From a bacterium (lineage in GTDB: Bacteria > Patescibacteriota > Gracilibacteria > UBA1369 > PNNO01), in contig JAGGUZ010000016.1 in the NCBI GenBank assembly GCA_021158225.1, positions 1 through 62,398 on the forward strand: a stretch of DNA of 62,398 nucleotides, written 5' to 3'. The position numbers were made by a program, and so were the translations under genes. This document shows, piece after piece, positions 1 through 10,880 of this stretch (positions within the stretch are counted from its first letter, which is position 1; each line of letters begins with the position of its first letter). The notes under the pieces are model-generated. The model was not told where the DNA came from. It did no database searches and was given only the letters and a program-made list of their open reading frames with translations.

Positions 1-36
1 ATCATCTTTGACATTATCATCTTTGACATTATCATC
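1..36. repeat. 15-bp tandem repeat ATCATCTTTGACATT (2 full copies + partial; may continue beyond window) encoding DDNVK repeats
   Basis: Read directly: atcatctttgacatt atcatctttgacatt atcatc. Confidence 0.85.
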
Positions 37-102
37 GCCAATAGGCTTAATTGTAAGCTCATCGTTTTGCATTGATAACGGCTGTTTGCTTTCTTCTGGC
101 AT
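1..102 (-). CDS. Partial hypothetical protein (5' part; runs off window start), acidic N-terminus MPEESKQPLSMQNDELTIKPIGDDNVKDDNVKDD
   Basis: ATG (cat at 100-102) opens a frame with no stop to base 1; AT-rich upstream region shared divergently with the S41 protease gene. Confidence 0.6.
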   Translation of the reverse strand, partial: MPEESKQPLSMQNDELTIKPIGDDNVKDDNVKDD

Positions 103-209
103 ATTAAATCTTAATTTTTCTTTTAATTATAGCATTTTTCTTGTTTTCTGTAAATTTAAAAGAACATAACATTCCACTATAGTAAACGTTGATATTTAAT
201 CAAAATAAT

Positions 210-1892
210 ATGATTCTAAACCTAAAACGCATCACAATTGTTTTTGTAATTTTAATACTTTCATACAAAGGTACATTCGCCTCATTTACCGATGTTATCC
301 CGCAAAGTCTTTTCTTTGATGCCGTCAATTACTTTTCGTACGAATACCCAATTATAGGTCTTGATAAAGATAATTTTAGGCCGTTGAGCAAAATAAACAA
401 AGCTGAGTTTTTTAAACTTCTGATTGAAAGCGGAAACACGAATTCACCTGCCGATTCCGTTGACAGCCCATACAAAGATATAAACGGAGACGAATGGTTT
501 GCCAAGTATATAAACACAGCTCTTAAATTAAATCTTATCCATTTTGATCCTGATGATCCGTATTTTAGACCCGGAAACACTATTAATCGCGCCGATGGAC
601 TTAAATATATATTATCTTATTACGGAATAGATCCGGACATTATAGGAAGTTTTTCGAAAGATTATACGGATATCTCTCAAAATGATTATTTCGCAGATGA
701 ATCACAAGTCGCATATATGTTGAAACTTCTCTCGGATTATAAGTTAAAAAGATTTAATCCATACAAAGAGCTTACCAGAGCACAAACCGTTTACATACTT
801 TACAAATTGCATCAATCGGGATTTACAAATAGCACTATGACGAAGTCAAATCCCGTAGAAATACGCGAGAAAGAGTCATATAAACTTTTCTTGGATGTTT
901 ACGATACAATTTTGGATGAATATGTCGACAAAGAAAAAATAGATGAAAACAGTTTAATTTACGGAGCCATATCCGGGATGGTTACAAGTTTAAACGATCC
1001 ATACAGCACATTCATGCCTCCTCAAGACGCACAAGGATTTAGGGAATCACTTTCCGGAGCATTTGATGGGATAGGCGTTTATTTATCTTATAAAGATGGG
1101 AATTATATCATCCAAACACCGTTAAAAGGATCCCCGGCGGAAAAGGTGGGGCTTAAACCAAATGATATTATAATCGATATAGATGGTCAAAATACGACAG
1201 ATATGACATTTGATAACATAACAAATATGTTAAAAGGACCATCCGGAAGTAAGGTTGTCCTTACAATTAAAAGAAATTCTGTTCTAAAGAAATACACATT
1301 AACACGCTCACTTATCGACATTCCGTTTGTTGAGGGAGAAATAATAAACGGCGTTGGCGTAATTCATTATTATCAATTTACAAGCAATTCCAATTACCAA
1401 TTTACTAACAAACTAAATACAATTTTAAACAAAAACCCAAAAGGACTAGTTATAGATTTAAGAAACAATCCTGGTGGGTATGTTTATAGTGCTCAGCAAT
1501 TCATATCAAGATTTCTGGCAGAAAGTGAGCCTTTTGTAACTGTCAATCTTGCAGACAATTATTCTTATAACGAAGTTTCCTACGGTCCGGGAGATCTTTC
1601 AAAATATAAAATTGTCGTTTTAATAAATGGCGGAAGCGCATCAGCCTCAGAAATTGTTGCACTTGCGCTTAAAGAAAATTTGGGAGCAAAAATAGTTGGA
1701 ACACAAAGTTTTGGAAAAGGAAAAATACAAGAAGTTATATCTTATAAAGATGGATCTTCTTTAAAATTAAGTATGGCACAGTGGACTTCCCCAAACGGAA
1801 TTTCCGTAGAAGACGGTGGCATAATTCCCGATATTGAAATAACAGGTGAATCAAATCAACTTAATAAAGCTATATCCCTGGCGACTCATTAG
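210..1892 (+). CDS. S41A carboxyl-terminal processing protease with signal peptide, N-terminal S-layer homology (SLH) repeats and PDZ domain
   Basis: SLH-like motifs FTDV..FRPLSKINKAE, YKDI..WF..FRPGNTINRAD, FNPYKELTRAQ; SLNDPYS, PDZ GIGVYL/GSPAEKVGLKPND; catalytic DLRNNPGG, SASASEIV, SFGKG. ATG 210 preferred to TTG 189. Confidence 0.9.
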   Translation: MILNLKRITIVFVILILSYKGTFASFTDVIPQSLFFDAVNYFSYEYPIIGLDKDNFRPLSKINKAEFFKLLIESGNTNSPADSVDSPYKDINGDEWFAKYINTALKLNLIHFDPDDPYFRPGNTINRADGLKYILSYYGIDPDIIGSFSKDYTDISQNDYFADESQVAYMLKLLSDYKLKRFNPYKELTRAQTVYILYKLHQSGFTNSTMTKSNPVEIREKESYKLFLDVYDTILDEYVDKEKIDENSLIYGAISGMVTSLNDPYSTFMPPQDAQGFRESLSGAFDGIGVYLSYKDGNYIIQTPLKGSPAEKVGLKPNDIIIDIDGQNTTDMTFDNITNMLKGPSGSKVVLTIKRNSVLKKYTLTRSLIDIPFVEGEIINGVGVIHYYQFTSNSNYQFTNKLNTILNKNPKGLVIDLRNNPGGYVYSAQQFISRFLAESEPFVTVNLADNYSYNEVSYGPGDLSKYKIVVLINGGSASASEIVALALKENLGAKIVGTQSFGKGKIQEVISYKDGSSLKLSMAQWTSPNGISVEDGGIIPDIEITGESNQLNKAISLATH

Positions 1893-4251
1893 TATCAGTT
1901 GCCTCAGGTATATCCTCCTCCGTAGGAGCCTCTGCAGGCGTTTCCTTGTTAGAAGTTTCTACAGGCGTTTCTTCTTCTAAAGTTTCTTGTGCAGGGACAT
2001 CTTCTTCCTGAGTTCCTTCCAAAGCCTCTTGCTCCCCTACGTACTCCGTCTCTTGAGCCGCAGATTTAAGCATCTGTTCAGGGTTTGTGGTAACAAGCTT
2101 GTCCTCCCCATACGATGCTATAACTTGAATTGCAACATGCTTATTCCCAGCAAAAAATAAACCTTGTCCAACTCCGCTGTTTAATAGCATATATCTTTCT
2201 CCTTCAGTTAAATTAAAAATTTTCTGCAAGATATCAAGAGCGGCCGGCGCCTGTTTTAAAAGCAATTGCATCGAAGAATTAGTAATAATCGGTTTTCCAA
2301 ATGAATTTTGAACAAAGTCTTCAACATCCTGAGTAATTGTAGTTACTCCCAAATAATATTTCCTAGCTCTTTTTACAAGCCCGTAAAGAAACTTTGCGGA
2401 ATCTTCGTGTTGCATAAGAGACCAAGCCTCATCAATAATAAGAAGTCGTTTTTTTAGAGAACTTCTTACCCTGCCCCATATGAAATTAAGAATTATATAC
2501 ATGGCAATCGGACGAAGAGCGTCCTCAAGATCTCTTATACTAAAGACAACAAGACCTGATGTTAAATCGATATTTGTTGTTTTATTAAAAATCCCCGAAT
2601 ACGTTCCTTGTGTAAATTTTGCAAGTCTTGTAGCTATTCCCTTTGCCCCATCCATAGAATTTAAAATATCGTATAAATCCTCCATGGTCGGTGGTGAAAA
2701 TGTCGATGGATCCTCTGTCTCCATCGTGATACCCCGAAGCGCATAAACATCAGTCAATGCTTTATCCAATATAGCTTCTTCCTCCGGAGATATACCTCCA
2801 AGCATAATTTTAAGTAGCCCATGAAGAGAGATAATATTTGATCGCAATAAATCTCCGGGCTGAACAACTTCATCTTTTAAAGGAGCAGGCAAATCAAAAG
2901 GATTAATTCTTCTGTCTGCATTAAGCGAAACTTTCATATAAGATCCTCCAACCGTCTCGCATAAAGACTCATACTCATTTTCCGGATCAATAATAATCAC
3001 ATCAGCCCCAAACATAAGTGAACGCAAAACTTCCAATTTAACCGCATAAGATTTACCTGCCCCGGATTTTGCAAACACTACTGAATTTGCATTTTCAAGA
3101 GAGAATCTATCAAAAATAATCAAACTGTCGTTATGCCTGTTAAGTCCATACAAAATACCTTTATTTGAAGTAAGCTCCGCAGAATTAAACGGAAACATTG
3201 TAGATAAAGGCGATGTATTCATGTTTAATGTCACATCAAGCTCATCCAAACAAAGAGGAAGTGTTGAATTAAATCCATGTTCAGTTTGAAAATCAGCTGT
3301 TTTTGTCATAATAAGTTTTCCACCAAGTACACTTTCGAGCTGTTTTGCAACTCTTTTAAGTTTCTTCTTATCTTCTGAATAAACCGTCATATATAACGCA
3401 AATTGGAAAAATTTCTCTTGTCCTCTTTGTATTTGCGTTCGCAGTTCATCGGCATCTTGAAGCGCGGTTTCTATGGCAGGATCACTTACGTTCCCCTTCT
3501 CAGCCGACATACGAATTGAAGATTGCATTTGAGCGACTTTCCTCTTTAAAACTTTCATAATCGCCGAAGAGTCGATTGGGTAAACAAATTGAGCGATATC
3601 CATAGTTACATCAAAATTGATCACTGGAGAAAGCCAGTTTGAATCTAAGTACCGCGGATATGCATATACATAAAATGTTTTGGCATACATCCCCTCGACA
3701 CGAATTGAATCAAAATCTATATCCATCGAAGATGGTGAAATAAAATCACGAATCGTAGAAAGACCTTCCTGATACAATTTTTCAGCTTCTTGGAAACGTT
3801 TTTTCTCCTCCGGAGTCATAGGAGATTCTTCTTCCTTCTTCCCTAAAGCAGCATTTTTCGTTGCCTGCTTAGCGTATTCAGCTCTACTTTTGTCCGTTAA
3901 AGAAAACATTTTCTTAAAATTATCGAAAATACTTTTCTTTTGAGAAGCTTTTTTTGCTTGATTACTTTTTTGTGAAGCATCCTGAGCAATTGGACTTTCT
4001 GGTGAAACAGCTTTAACTTCAGCTTTTTCCTGCACTTTAGACTCCTTAGTCACGAGAGTTTTATCTTTATTGCTCGCATTTTTAACCCATGCCGGCAATT
4101 CAGCATCCGATTTAGACAGTTCGGAAGAAGTTTGATTAGTCTTTTTCATGCCTTTTTCAAGCCAAGCAGGAGCTTGCACATTATCTTGAGTAACCTCCTT
4201 TTCTACGGTTTTCGTATTTTGTGCTTGTTGATTTTTTGTTTCTTCTGTCAT
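1870..4251 (-). CDS. VirB4/TraG-like (HerA-FtsK superfamily) ATPase with disordered N- and C-terminal extensions
   Basis: Walker A AKSGAGKS, IIIDPENEY, INPFDL, Walker B IIDEAW, KRARKY, ITQDVEDF; start moved to ATG 4251; overlaps the S41 gene 3' end by 23 bp. Confidence 0.85.
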   Translation of the reverse strand: MTEETKNQQAQNTKTVEKEVTQDNVQAPAWLEKGMKKTNQTSSELSKSDAELPAWVKNASNKDKTLVTKESKVQEKAEVKAVSPESPIAQDASQKSNQAKKASQKKSIFDNFKKMFSLTDKSRAEYAKQATKNAALGKKEEESPMTPEEKKRFQEAEKLYQEGLSTIRDFISPSSMDIDFDSIRVEGMYAKTFYVYAYPRYLDSNWLSPVINFDVTMDIAQFVYPIDSSAIMKVLKRKVAQMQSSIRMSAEKGNVSDPAIETALQDADELRTQIQRGQEKFFQFALYMTVYSEDKKKLKRVAKQLESVLGGKLIMTKTADFQTEHGFNSTLPLCLDELDVTLNMNTSPLSTMFPFNSAELTSNKGILYGLNRHNDSLIIFDRFSLENANSVVFAKSGAGKSYAVKLEVLRSLMFGADVIIIDPENEYESLCETVGGSYMKVSLNADRRINPFDLPAPLKDEVVQPGDLLRSNIISLHGLLKIMLGGISPEEEAILDKALTDVYALRGITMETEDPSTFSPPTMEDLYDILNSMDGAKGIATRLAKFTQGTYSGIFNKTTNIDLTSGLVVFSIRDLEDALRPIAMYIILNFIWGRVRSSLKKRLLIIDEAWSLMQHEDSAKFLYGLVKRARKYYLGVTTITQDVEDFVQNSFGKPIITNSSMQLLLKQAPAALDILQKIFNLTEGERYMLLNSGVGQGLFFAGNKHVAIQVIASYGEDKLVTTNPEQMLKSAAQETEYVGEQEALEGTQEEDVPAQETLEEETPVETSNKETPAEAPTEEDIPEATDTNESPGI

Positions 4252-4411
4252 GGTCGTCCTTAAATAAAATCTTATTAGTATAGCAAATTTTGAGATTTTT
4301 CTCAAGCATTGCCCTATAAAAAAATCCTATGCATTAAATCAAATTTTGTGCTAAAGTTTGCAACGGCTAATTATCAAATAGCCTTTTGATTTCTGTTACT
4401 AATTTTAGAAC

Positions 4412-6988
4412 ATGCCTGACGAGGAAAACAACGAACAAAACCAACTTATCCCTGAGGAGCAAAATGAGGAAATTACATTTGCTCGCAATCTACATAGAAG
4501 AAATATTACGCAAGAAATGGAAGAATCATATCTTGATTATGCAATGAGTGTGATAATTTCTCGCGCCTTGCCGGACGTACGTGACGGGCTTAAACCGGTA
4601 CACAGAAGAATTCTTTACGCAATGCATGATATAGGACTCCATTCAAATGCATCATTTAGAAAATCGGCTACCGTCGTAGGTGAAGTTCTTGGTAAATATC
4701 ACCCTCATGGAGACACAGCTGTTTATGATTCAATGGTTCGTATGGCTCAAGACTTCTCGTTAAGATATCCCCTCGTAAGAGGTCAAGGTAACTTTGGATC
4801 AATCGACGGAGACAGTGCGGCAGCCATGCGTTATACGGAGGCAAAATTGCAAAAAATATCAGACGAAGTCTTGGCAGATATAGGAAAAGAAACTATAGAT
4901 TGGAATCCTAATTACGATGGAAGACACAAAGAACCATCCGTACTTCCTTCAAGAATCCCTCAACTGCTACTTAACGGAACTACGGGTATAGCGGTTGGAA
5001 TGGCAACTTCCATCCCTCCTCATAATCTTGGAGAACTTATAGACGGAACTATTCATCTTATTAATAATCCAGAAGCTACAATCGAAGAATTGATGGAATT
5101 TATTAAAGCTCCGGATTTCCCTACTGCAGGCAAAATTTATGATATCGAAGCAATTAAAGAAGCCTATGTAACCGGACGAGGAGGAATGACTATGCGCGCC
5201 AGAGCGGAGATAGAAGAACGAAAGAACGGAAGATATTCAATAATTATAACCGAAATCCCATATCAAGTGAATAAAGCTTCCCTTGTAGAAAAAATCGCAG
5301 AACTTGTTAGAGATAAAAAAATTGCTGGGATATCAGATATTAGAGATGAATCCAATAAAGACGGCATTCGCATTGTTGTCGAGCTAAAAAAAGACTCTTT
5401 TCCAAGAAAGATTTTAAATCAGCTATACAAATACACACAAATGCAGACGAATTTTAATATGAATATGATTGCTCTTGTTGACGGATTACAACCTAGACTT
5501 CTTAACATTAAGCAAGTCCTTGAATATTTTATAATTCACAGACAAACAGTCGTTAGACGAAGAACCGAATATGAGTTAAGAATTGCAAAAGCAAGAGCGC
5601 ATATACTTGAAGGTTTAAAGATCGCAATCGATAACATAGACGCGGTTATCGAGACAATAAGAAAATCGGACACGAAGGAAGAAGCCCACGATTCTTTAAT
5701 GAAAAAATTTGAACTTTCAGACAAACAGTCAACCGCTATATTGGAAATGAAACTTCAAACATTGGCCGGACTGGAAAGACAAAAAATTGAAGATGAATAT
5801 AAAGAAAAAATAGCATTTATAAATGAACTGGAGATAATTCTTGCCGATCCTCAAAAGATTTTAAATATTATAAAAGACGAACTTGCAGAGATTAAAGAAA
5901 AATATGCGGATGAAAGAAGAACGGAAATAATTTCTCATGGGCTGGGTAAATTCTCTATGAAAGACACAATCCCAAATGAGCCGATGATAGTAATAGTATC
6001 AAAAGAAGGATACATAAAAAGAGTTCCACCTGCATCATTTAAAGCTCAACACAGAGGAGGAAAAGGCACAATAGGAGTGGTAACCAAAGATGAAGATGAG
6101 ATTAATATTATCAGATATGCAAAGAATCATGATAACGCCCTCTTTTTTACAAATCAGGGACGAGTTTTCCAACTTCCCATTTACGAAATAGCAAAGACAA
6201 GCAGGCAAGCAAAAGGACAACCTCTTGTAAATCTTATTCAGCTATCGGAGCGCGAACGAGTTACCGCAATGCTTATTGTAAAAGAAGGATTTAAAGGTCA
6301 ATATCTTATGATGGCAACAAAGAAGGGAACGATTAAGAAAACAAAAATCGAAGCATTTGCCAATGTCAGAAAAAACGGTCTTATTGCAATAAAACTCAGA
6401 GACGGAGATTCTCTTGAATGGGTACGCGGAGTTTCAAAGGAAAACGAAGTGGTAATCGTTACCCGTGAAGGGAAAAGCATTAGATTCAAAGAAGACAATG
6501 TAAGGAGCATGGGACGTACATCGATGGGAGTACGTGGAATAAGATTAAAAGGTGATGATTATGTGGTTGAAATGGACATAGTTTTCACACAAGAAGCATC
6601 ACTATTTGTAGTAATGGAAAACGGGCTTGGGAAAAATTCAAAAATCACAAATTACAGATTGCAAAACAGAGGCGGGACGGGTATAAAAACGGCAAAGGTA
6701 ACAAGTAGAACCGGTAAAGTCGCAGGTGCTAAAATTCTTGAAAAATTCTATGAAGGTGACGCAATTCTAATCTCGAAAAAAGGTCAAATTATTAGAATGA
6801 ATCTAAAAGATATTCCAACCAGAGGAAGATCTACGCAAGGTGTCTATTTGATGAGGTTAAAAAAATCCGATCACGTTAGCACTCTTTCGATTATAAGAAC
6901 TGATGAAATCCCAAAAGAGGAAGAAACTGATAAAAAAGGAGTTGAAAAAGAAAAGGAAGTTAACTCCAAACAACCAAGTTTGCTCTAA
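4412..6988 (+). CDS. gyrA: DNA gyrase subunit A
   Basis: [31 protein letters not shown] (catalytic Tyr), GyrA-box QHRGGKG, C-terminal pinwheel repeats. Confidence 0.97.
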   Translation: MPDEENNEQNQLIPEEQNEEITFARNLHRRNITQEMEESYLDYAMSVIISRALPDVRDGLKPVHRRILYAMHDIGLHSNASFRKSATVVGEVLGKYHPHGDTAVYDSMVRMAQDFSLRYPLVRGQGNFGSIDGDSAAAMRYTEAKLQKISDEVLADIGKETIDWNPNYDGRHKEPSVLPSRIPQLLLNGTTGIAVGMATSIPPHNLGELIDGTIHLINNPEATIEELMEFIKAPDFPTAGKIYDIEAIKEAYVTGRGGMTMRARAEIEERKNGRYSIIITEIPYQVNKASLVEKIAELVRDKKIAGISDIRDESNKDGIRIVVELKKDSFPRKILNQLYKYTQMQTNFNMNMIALVDGLQPRLLNIKQVLEYFIIHRQTVVRRRTEYELRIAKARAHILEGLKIAIDNIDAVIETIRKSDTKEEAHDSLMKKFELSDKQSTAILEMKLQTLAGLERQKIEDEYKEKIAFINELEIILADPQKILNIIKDELAEIKEKYADERRTEIISHGLGKFSMKDTIPNEPMIVIVSKEGYIKRVPPASFKAQHRGGKGTIGVVTKDEDEINIIRYAKNHDNALFFTNQGRVFQLPIYEIAKTSRQAKGQPLVNLIQLSERERVTAMLIVKEGFKGQYLMMATKKGTIKKTKIEAFANVRKNGLIAIKLRDGDSLEWVRGVSKENEVVIVTREGKSIRFKEDNVRSMGRTSMGVRGIRLKGDDYVVEMDIVFTQEASLFVVMENGLGKNSKITNYRLQNRGGTGIKTAKVTSRTGKVAGAKILEKFYEGDAILISKKGQIIRMNLKDIPTRGRSTQGVYLMRLKKSDHVSTLSIIRTDEIPKEEETDKKGVEKEKEVNSKQPSLL

Positions 6989-6997
6989 TATTACGTT

Positions 6998-8239
6998 ATG
7001 AAACGTAGCTTATATGTGCTTTTGAGCGCCTTACTATGTATGTCTGTCTACACAACTACTGTTTTTGCTCAGGTCTCCGCCGATCTTTCGATATCCGCAG
7101 AAAGCGTCCACTTTTCTAAGGACACTTTTTTGGAAGGGAAATCGGTGAGAATTTATGCGACAATTCAAAATACAAGCAATAAAGATCTACTTGGAACTGT
7201 TCAGTTTTACGATGAAAGCACAAGTTCTCAAATAGGCAGCGACCAAACGGTATCTACTTTTGCACACAAAACCGATGATGTTTTTATTGATTGGACCCCG
7301 TACTTAGAAGGTAACCATTCAATACTCATTTCAATTGATCCGTGGGAAAACAACGAAGATAATACATCAAACAACAATATAAGAAAAACTGTAAAAGTTC
7401 TAAAAGATACAGACCGCGACGGGATTACGGACTCTAAAGATCCGGATGATGACAATGATGGAGTTCTGGATGAGAGAGATGCTTTTCCTTTAAATGCAGC
7501 TGAATGGATTGATACGGACGGAGATAGAATCGGTGATAACAAAGACACTGATGATGACAATGACAGCCATCTGGACAAGGAAGATGCATTTCCTCTTAAT
7601 CCGCTGGAATGGGAGGATACGGACAAAGATGGGATAGGGAACAACAAAGATCTCGACGATGACAATGATAGACTTAACGATAATGAGGAACTAAAGATCC
7701 AAACAAATCCTCTAAAATCGGATAGCGATGATGACGGTATACTTGACGGCGAAGATGCTTTTCCTTTGGATAACACCGAACAATTTGATTATGATAGAGA
7801 CTTAATAGGAGACAACAAAGATACCGACGACGACAACGATGGAGTCCCAGACGAAGAAGACAGCAATGACAATAACAAAGGACCTACAATTATTATTTAT
7901 GGAAATACAAAATTTGCATTTTTAAACAGAGAAATGAATTTTGACGCATCCAAGTCGTTTGATGAAGATGGATCAATTAAAGATATTCAATGGACTATAA
8001 ACGATGAAGAGAGCCAACCCGGGAACAGATTAAAATATCTTGTTACAAAAAAAGCCAGTATTAGCCTTTGTGTCGTAGCTACAGACGACAAAGGAGAAAT
8101 CCGTAAATTAATGTTTAATATTCAAGTTTACAATATTGATTTTTATCTAGTCGGAGCTATGATTTTAATAATAATTGTTCTTGCAATTGTAATATTTTTA
8201 AAGTATAGTTCACGGGCAGAAAAATTATCGAACAGTTAA
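6998..8239 (+). CDS. Surface protein: signal peptide, CARDB-like Ig domain, thrombospondin type-3-like Ca-binding repeats, PKD-like domain, C-terminal TM anchor
   Basis: VFA|Q signal; DLSI..V.I.ATI.N..IDP..E..SNN; repeated DxDxDG..DDDND..DAFPL; FDASKSFDEDGSI..W; hydrophobic C-terminal helix. Confidence 0.8.
   Translation: MKRSLYVLLSALLCMSVYTTTVFAQVSADLSISAESVHFSKDTFLEGKSVRIYATIQNTSNKDLLGTVQFYDESTSSQIGSDQTVSTFAHKTDDVFIDWTPYLEGNHSILISIDPWENNEDNTSNNNIRKTVKVLKDTDRDGITDSKDPDDDNDGVLDERDAFPLNAAEWIDTDGDRIGDNKDTDDDNDSHLDKEDAFPLNPLEWEDTDKDGIGNNKDLDDDNDRLNDNEELKIQTNPLKSDSDDDGILDGEDAFPLDNTEQFDYDRDLIGDNKDTDDDNDGVPDEEDSNDNNKGPTIIIYGNTKFAFLNREMNFDASKSFDEDGSIKDIQWTINDEESQPGNRLKYLVTKKASISLCVVATDDKGEIRKLMFNIQVYNIDFYLVGAMILIIIVLAIVIFLKYSSRAEKLSNS
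7406..7878 (+). repeat. Intragenic Asp-rich TSP3-like repeats (about 35-aa period)
   Basis: DAFPL x3, DDDND x4 in the translation. Confidence 0.85.
8181..8209 (+). promoter_or_regulatory. Putative sigma70 promoter for rpmE inside the upstream gene 3' end
   Basis: TTGCAA(8181-86)-17 bp-TATAGT(8204-09). Confidence 0.5.
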
Positions 8240-8248
8240 AGTTTTATT

Positions 8249-8620
8249 ATGAAACAAGATATACACCCAAAATATTATCCTAATGCAACATTTACATGCG
8301 CTTGCGGAAACGTTATTATTGCAGGATCAACAATAGAAACTCAAAAAACGGATATTTGTAGTAAATGTCACCCTTTTTATACCGGAAAACATAAATTAGT
8401 TGATACTGCCGGACGTGTTGATAAGTTTAAAGCAAGACAAAAAAGGGCCCAAGAAATGCAACAGAAAAGCGACAAGAGTAAAACCAATGAAGCAAAAAAC
8501 GACAAAAGTGATGAGAAATATCTTACCGTAAAGGATATAAAAACACTTAAAGAGAAAACTCCAAAAAAAAGCACTAAGGTTGCTAAGAAACCAACTGCAA
8601 AAAAAGCTAAAGTTGCTTAA
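8249..8620 (+). CDS. rpmE: 50S ribosomal protein L31 (Zn-binding form) with Lys-rich C-terminal extension
   Basis: [29 protein letters not shown]. Confidence 0.95.
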   Translation: MKQDIHPKYYPNATFTCACGNVIIAGSTIETQKTDICSKCHPFYTGKHKLVDTAGRVDKFKARQKRAQEMQQKSDKSKTNEAKNDKSDEKYLTVKDIKTLKEKTPKKSTKVAKKPTAKKAKVA

Positions 8621-8635
8621 TCTTAAACATATTTC

Positions 8636-9703
8636 ATGCCGGGGAATTCCATTGGCAAATTATTTCGAGTGTCTACCTGGGGAGAATCTCACGGGAAAGC
8701 AATCGGTGTTTTAGTCGACGGTTGTCCTCCCGGAATTGCCTTAAATGAAAAAGACATACAACTTAAGCTCGACAAACGAAAACCAAAAGGATTTTTCGAG
8801 ACATCTCGTAGAGAAGAAGATAAAGCTAAAATCCTTTCTGGGGTATTTAAAGGAAAAACAACCGGAATGCCAATTTCAATAATTATTTGGAACAAAGATT
8901 CAAGATCAAAGGACTATGAGAAAATTAAGGATATATACAGACCTGGTCATGCCGACTATACATACGAACAAAAATATGGGATTTATGATTACAGAGGTGG
9001 AGGAAGATCTTCGGGAAGAGAAACGGTTGCAAGAGTTATGGCCGGAGCAATAGCTGAGAAAATACTTTCACGCAAGAAGATTTCAGTTATCGGACATACA
9101 ATCCAAATTGGTGAAATAAAGTCGGAAAAATTTAAAGCAAATGAGATTGGACACAATAATCTTAAGTGTGCAGATAAGCTTGCTGCCAAAGAAATGCTTA
9201 ATTTGCTAACCACGATTAAAAAAGAAAAAAATTCCATAGGAGGAATAATAGAATTAATAATTAGAGGTGTCCCAATTGGGCTTGGAGAGCCTGTTTTTGA
9301 CAAACTGGATGCTGATTTAGCAAAAGCTATTATGTCTATCGGCGGAGTTAAAGGAATCTCGATAGGAACTGGATTTGATGTAGCAACAAAGAAAGGTTCA
9401 AATAATAACGACTCATATGAAATTAGAAGAAACCAAGTCCGTACCGCAACAAATAATGCAGGTGGAATTCTTGGAGGAATATCAAATGGCGAAGATATAA
9501 TCGTACATATTGCAGTAAAAGCACCTGCAAGTATAGGGATTGAACAAAAAAGTCTGAATAAACGAAGAAAAACCGTGAATTTTACAATAGGAGGGAGACA
9601 CGACACATGTATTGTACCAAGAATAATTCCAGTAGCCGAAAGTATGGCCGCAATTACAATCACCGATCACTTATTACTACAAGAATCAAACCAACTACAA
9701 TAA
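8636..9703 (+). CDS. aroC: Chorismate synthase
   Basis: GESHG, RPGHAD, RGGGRSSGRET, GGILGGIS, GRHD.CI. Confidence 0.95.
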   Translation: MPGNSIGKLFRVSTWGESHGKAIGVLVDGCPPGIALNEKDIQLKLDKRKPKGFFETSRREEDKAKILSGVFKGKTTGMPISIIIWNKDSRSKDYEKIKDIYRPGHADYTYEQKYGIYDYRGGGRSSGRETVARVMAGAIAEKILSRKKISVIGHTIQIGEIKSEKFKANEIGHNNLKCADKLAAKEMLNLLTTIKKEKNSIGGIIELIIRGVPIGLGEPVFDKLDADLAKAIMSIGGVKGISIGTGFDVATKKGSNNNDSYEIRRNQVRTATNNAGGILGGISNGEDIIVHIAVKAPASIGIEQKSLNKRRKTVNFTIGGRHDTCIVPRIIPVAESMAAITITDHLLLQESNQLQ

Positions 9704-9704
9704 T

Positions 9705-10880
9705 ATGAATATGAACCAGTTTAAATTTAAAATTATTTCGAAAGATCCAAATACATCTGCAAGGGTAAGTGAGCTTTCCACGCCACATGGAAAAATTAAT
9801 TTACCCACATTTATGCCTGTAGGAACAAAAGCAACCGTTAAAACGCTTAGTCCGGAAGAACTTAAGGATCTTAACGCAAACATAATTTTGGCTAACACAT
9901 ATCACCTCTACTTACGCCCAGGAAGTGATACAATTAAAAAACTTGGAGGACTACACAAGTGGATGAATTGGAGAAACCCGATATTAACCGATTCGGGAGG
10001 TTTTCAGGTTTTTTCTTTGGCTCAACAAAAAAGATTTGGTAAAAACGGAGAAAAAAAATTAGTAAAAATTCTCGAAGATGGAGTTGAATTTAGATCTCAC
10101 ATAGATGGATCAAAGCATTTTTTTACTCCGGAAAAAGTAATGAAGATACAATCCGACCTTGGTGCCGATATTATAATGGCTTTTGATGAATGCGCCCCCG
10201 GAGATTCAACTTACGCATATGCCAAAAAAGCTATGAACCGTACTCACAGATGGGCAGAAAGATGCAAAAAAGAGCATATTAAATTACAAAAATCAAAGAA
10301 AATAAAGCAAGCATTGTTCCCTATTGTTCAAGGAGGGATTTATGATGATCTTAGAATAGAATCGACGAAATTTATGAAAAAATTAAATTTACCCGGTATA
10401 GCGATAGGCGGACTTTCCGTTGGAGAAACAAAAAAACAGATGTACCATACTTTAGATATTATTAAAGATTACCTGCCCGAAGACAAACCAAGATATTTGA
10501 TGGGTGTAGGTTCGCCGGAAGATTTGCTTGAAGGAATATCTCGAGGGATAGACATGTTTGATTGCGTTATGGCTACCCGAAATGCTAGACACGGCTCATT
10601 CTGGACAAAAGACGGGAGATTTCAACTAAGAAATAAAGAATTTAAAGAGAAAAAAGAACCTCTCATGAAGGGCTGTAAATGTTATACATGCAAGAATTAC
10701 TCAACAAGTTATGTAAGACATCTTTATATGGAGAAAGAAACTTTTGGGCTTAGACTTATTACCATACATAATATTAATTTTTTATTGGATTTAATGAACA
10801 AATCCAGAATGCATATTAAAAAAGGGACTTTTAATGCATTCAAAAACAAGTTTCTTAAACATTATTTAAAAAAATCATGA
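9705..10880 (+). CDS. tgt: tRNA-guanine transglycosylase (queuosine 34)
   Basis: FMPVGT, LANTYHL, TDSGGFQVFSL, FDEC, GGLSVGE, DMFDCV, Zn site CKCYTC..H. Confidence 0.96.
   Translation: MNMNQFKFKIISKDPNTSARVSELSTPHGKINLPTFMPVGTKATVKTLSPEELKDLNANIILANTYHLYLRPGSDTIKKLGGLHKWMNWRNPILTDSGGFQVFSLAQQKRFGKNGEKKLVKILEDGVEFRSHIDGSKHFFTPEKVMKIQSDLGADIIMAFDECAPGDSTYAYAKKAMNRTHRWAERCKKEHIKLQKSKKIKQALFPIVQGGIYDDLRIESTKFMKKLNLPGIAIGGLSVGETKKQMYHTLDIIKDYLPEDKPRYLMGVGSPEDLLEGISRGIDMFDCVMATRNARHGSFWTKDGRFQLRNKEFKEKKEPLMKGCKCYTCKNYSTSYVRHLYMEKETFGLRLITIHNINFLLDLMNKSRMHIKKGTFNAFKNKFLKHYLKKS

Noticed and set aside
1-36. Repeat at window start as a CRISPR array
   Set aside because: Head-to-tail 15-mer with no spacers, in frame within a coding sequence; no cas genes.
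7228-7776. 182-aa Ser-rich minus-strand ORF
   Set aside because: Antisense mirror of the Asp-rich TSP3 repeats.
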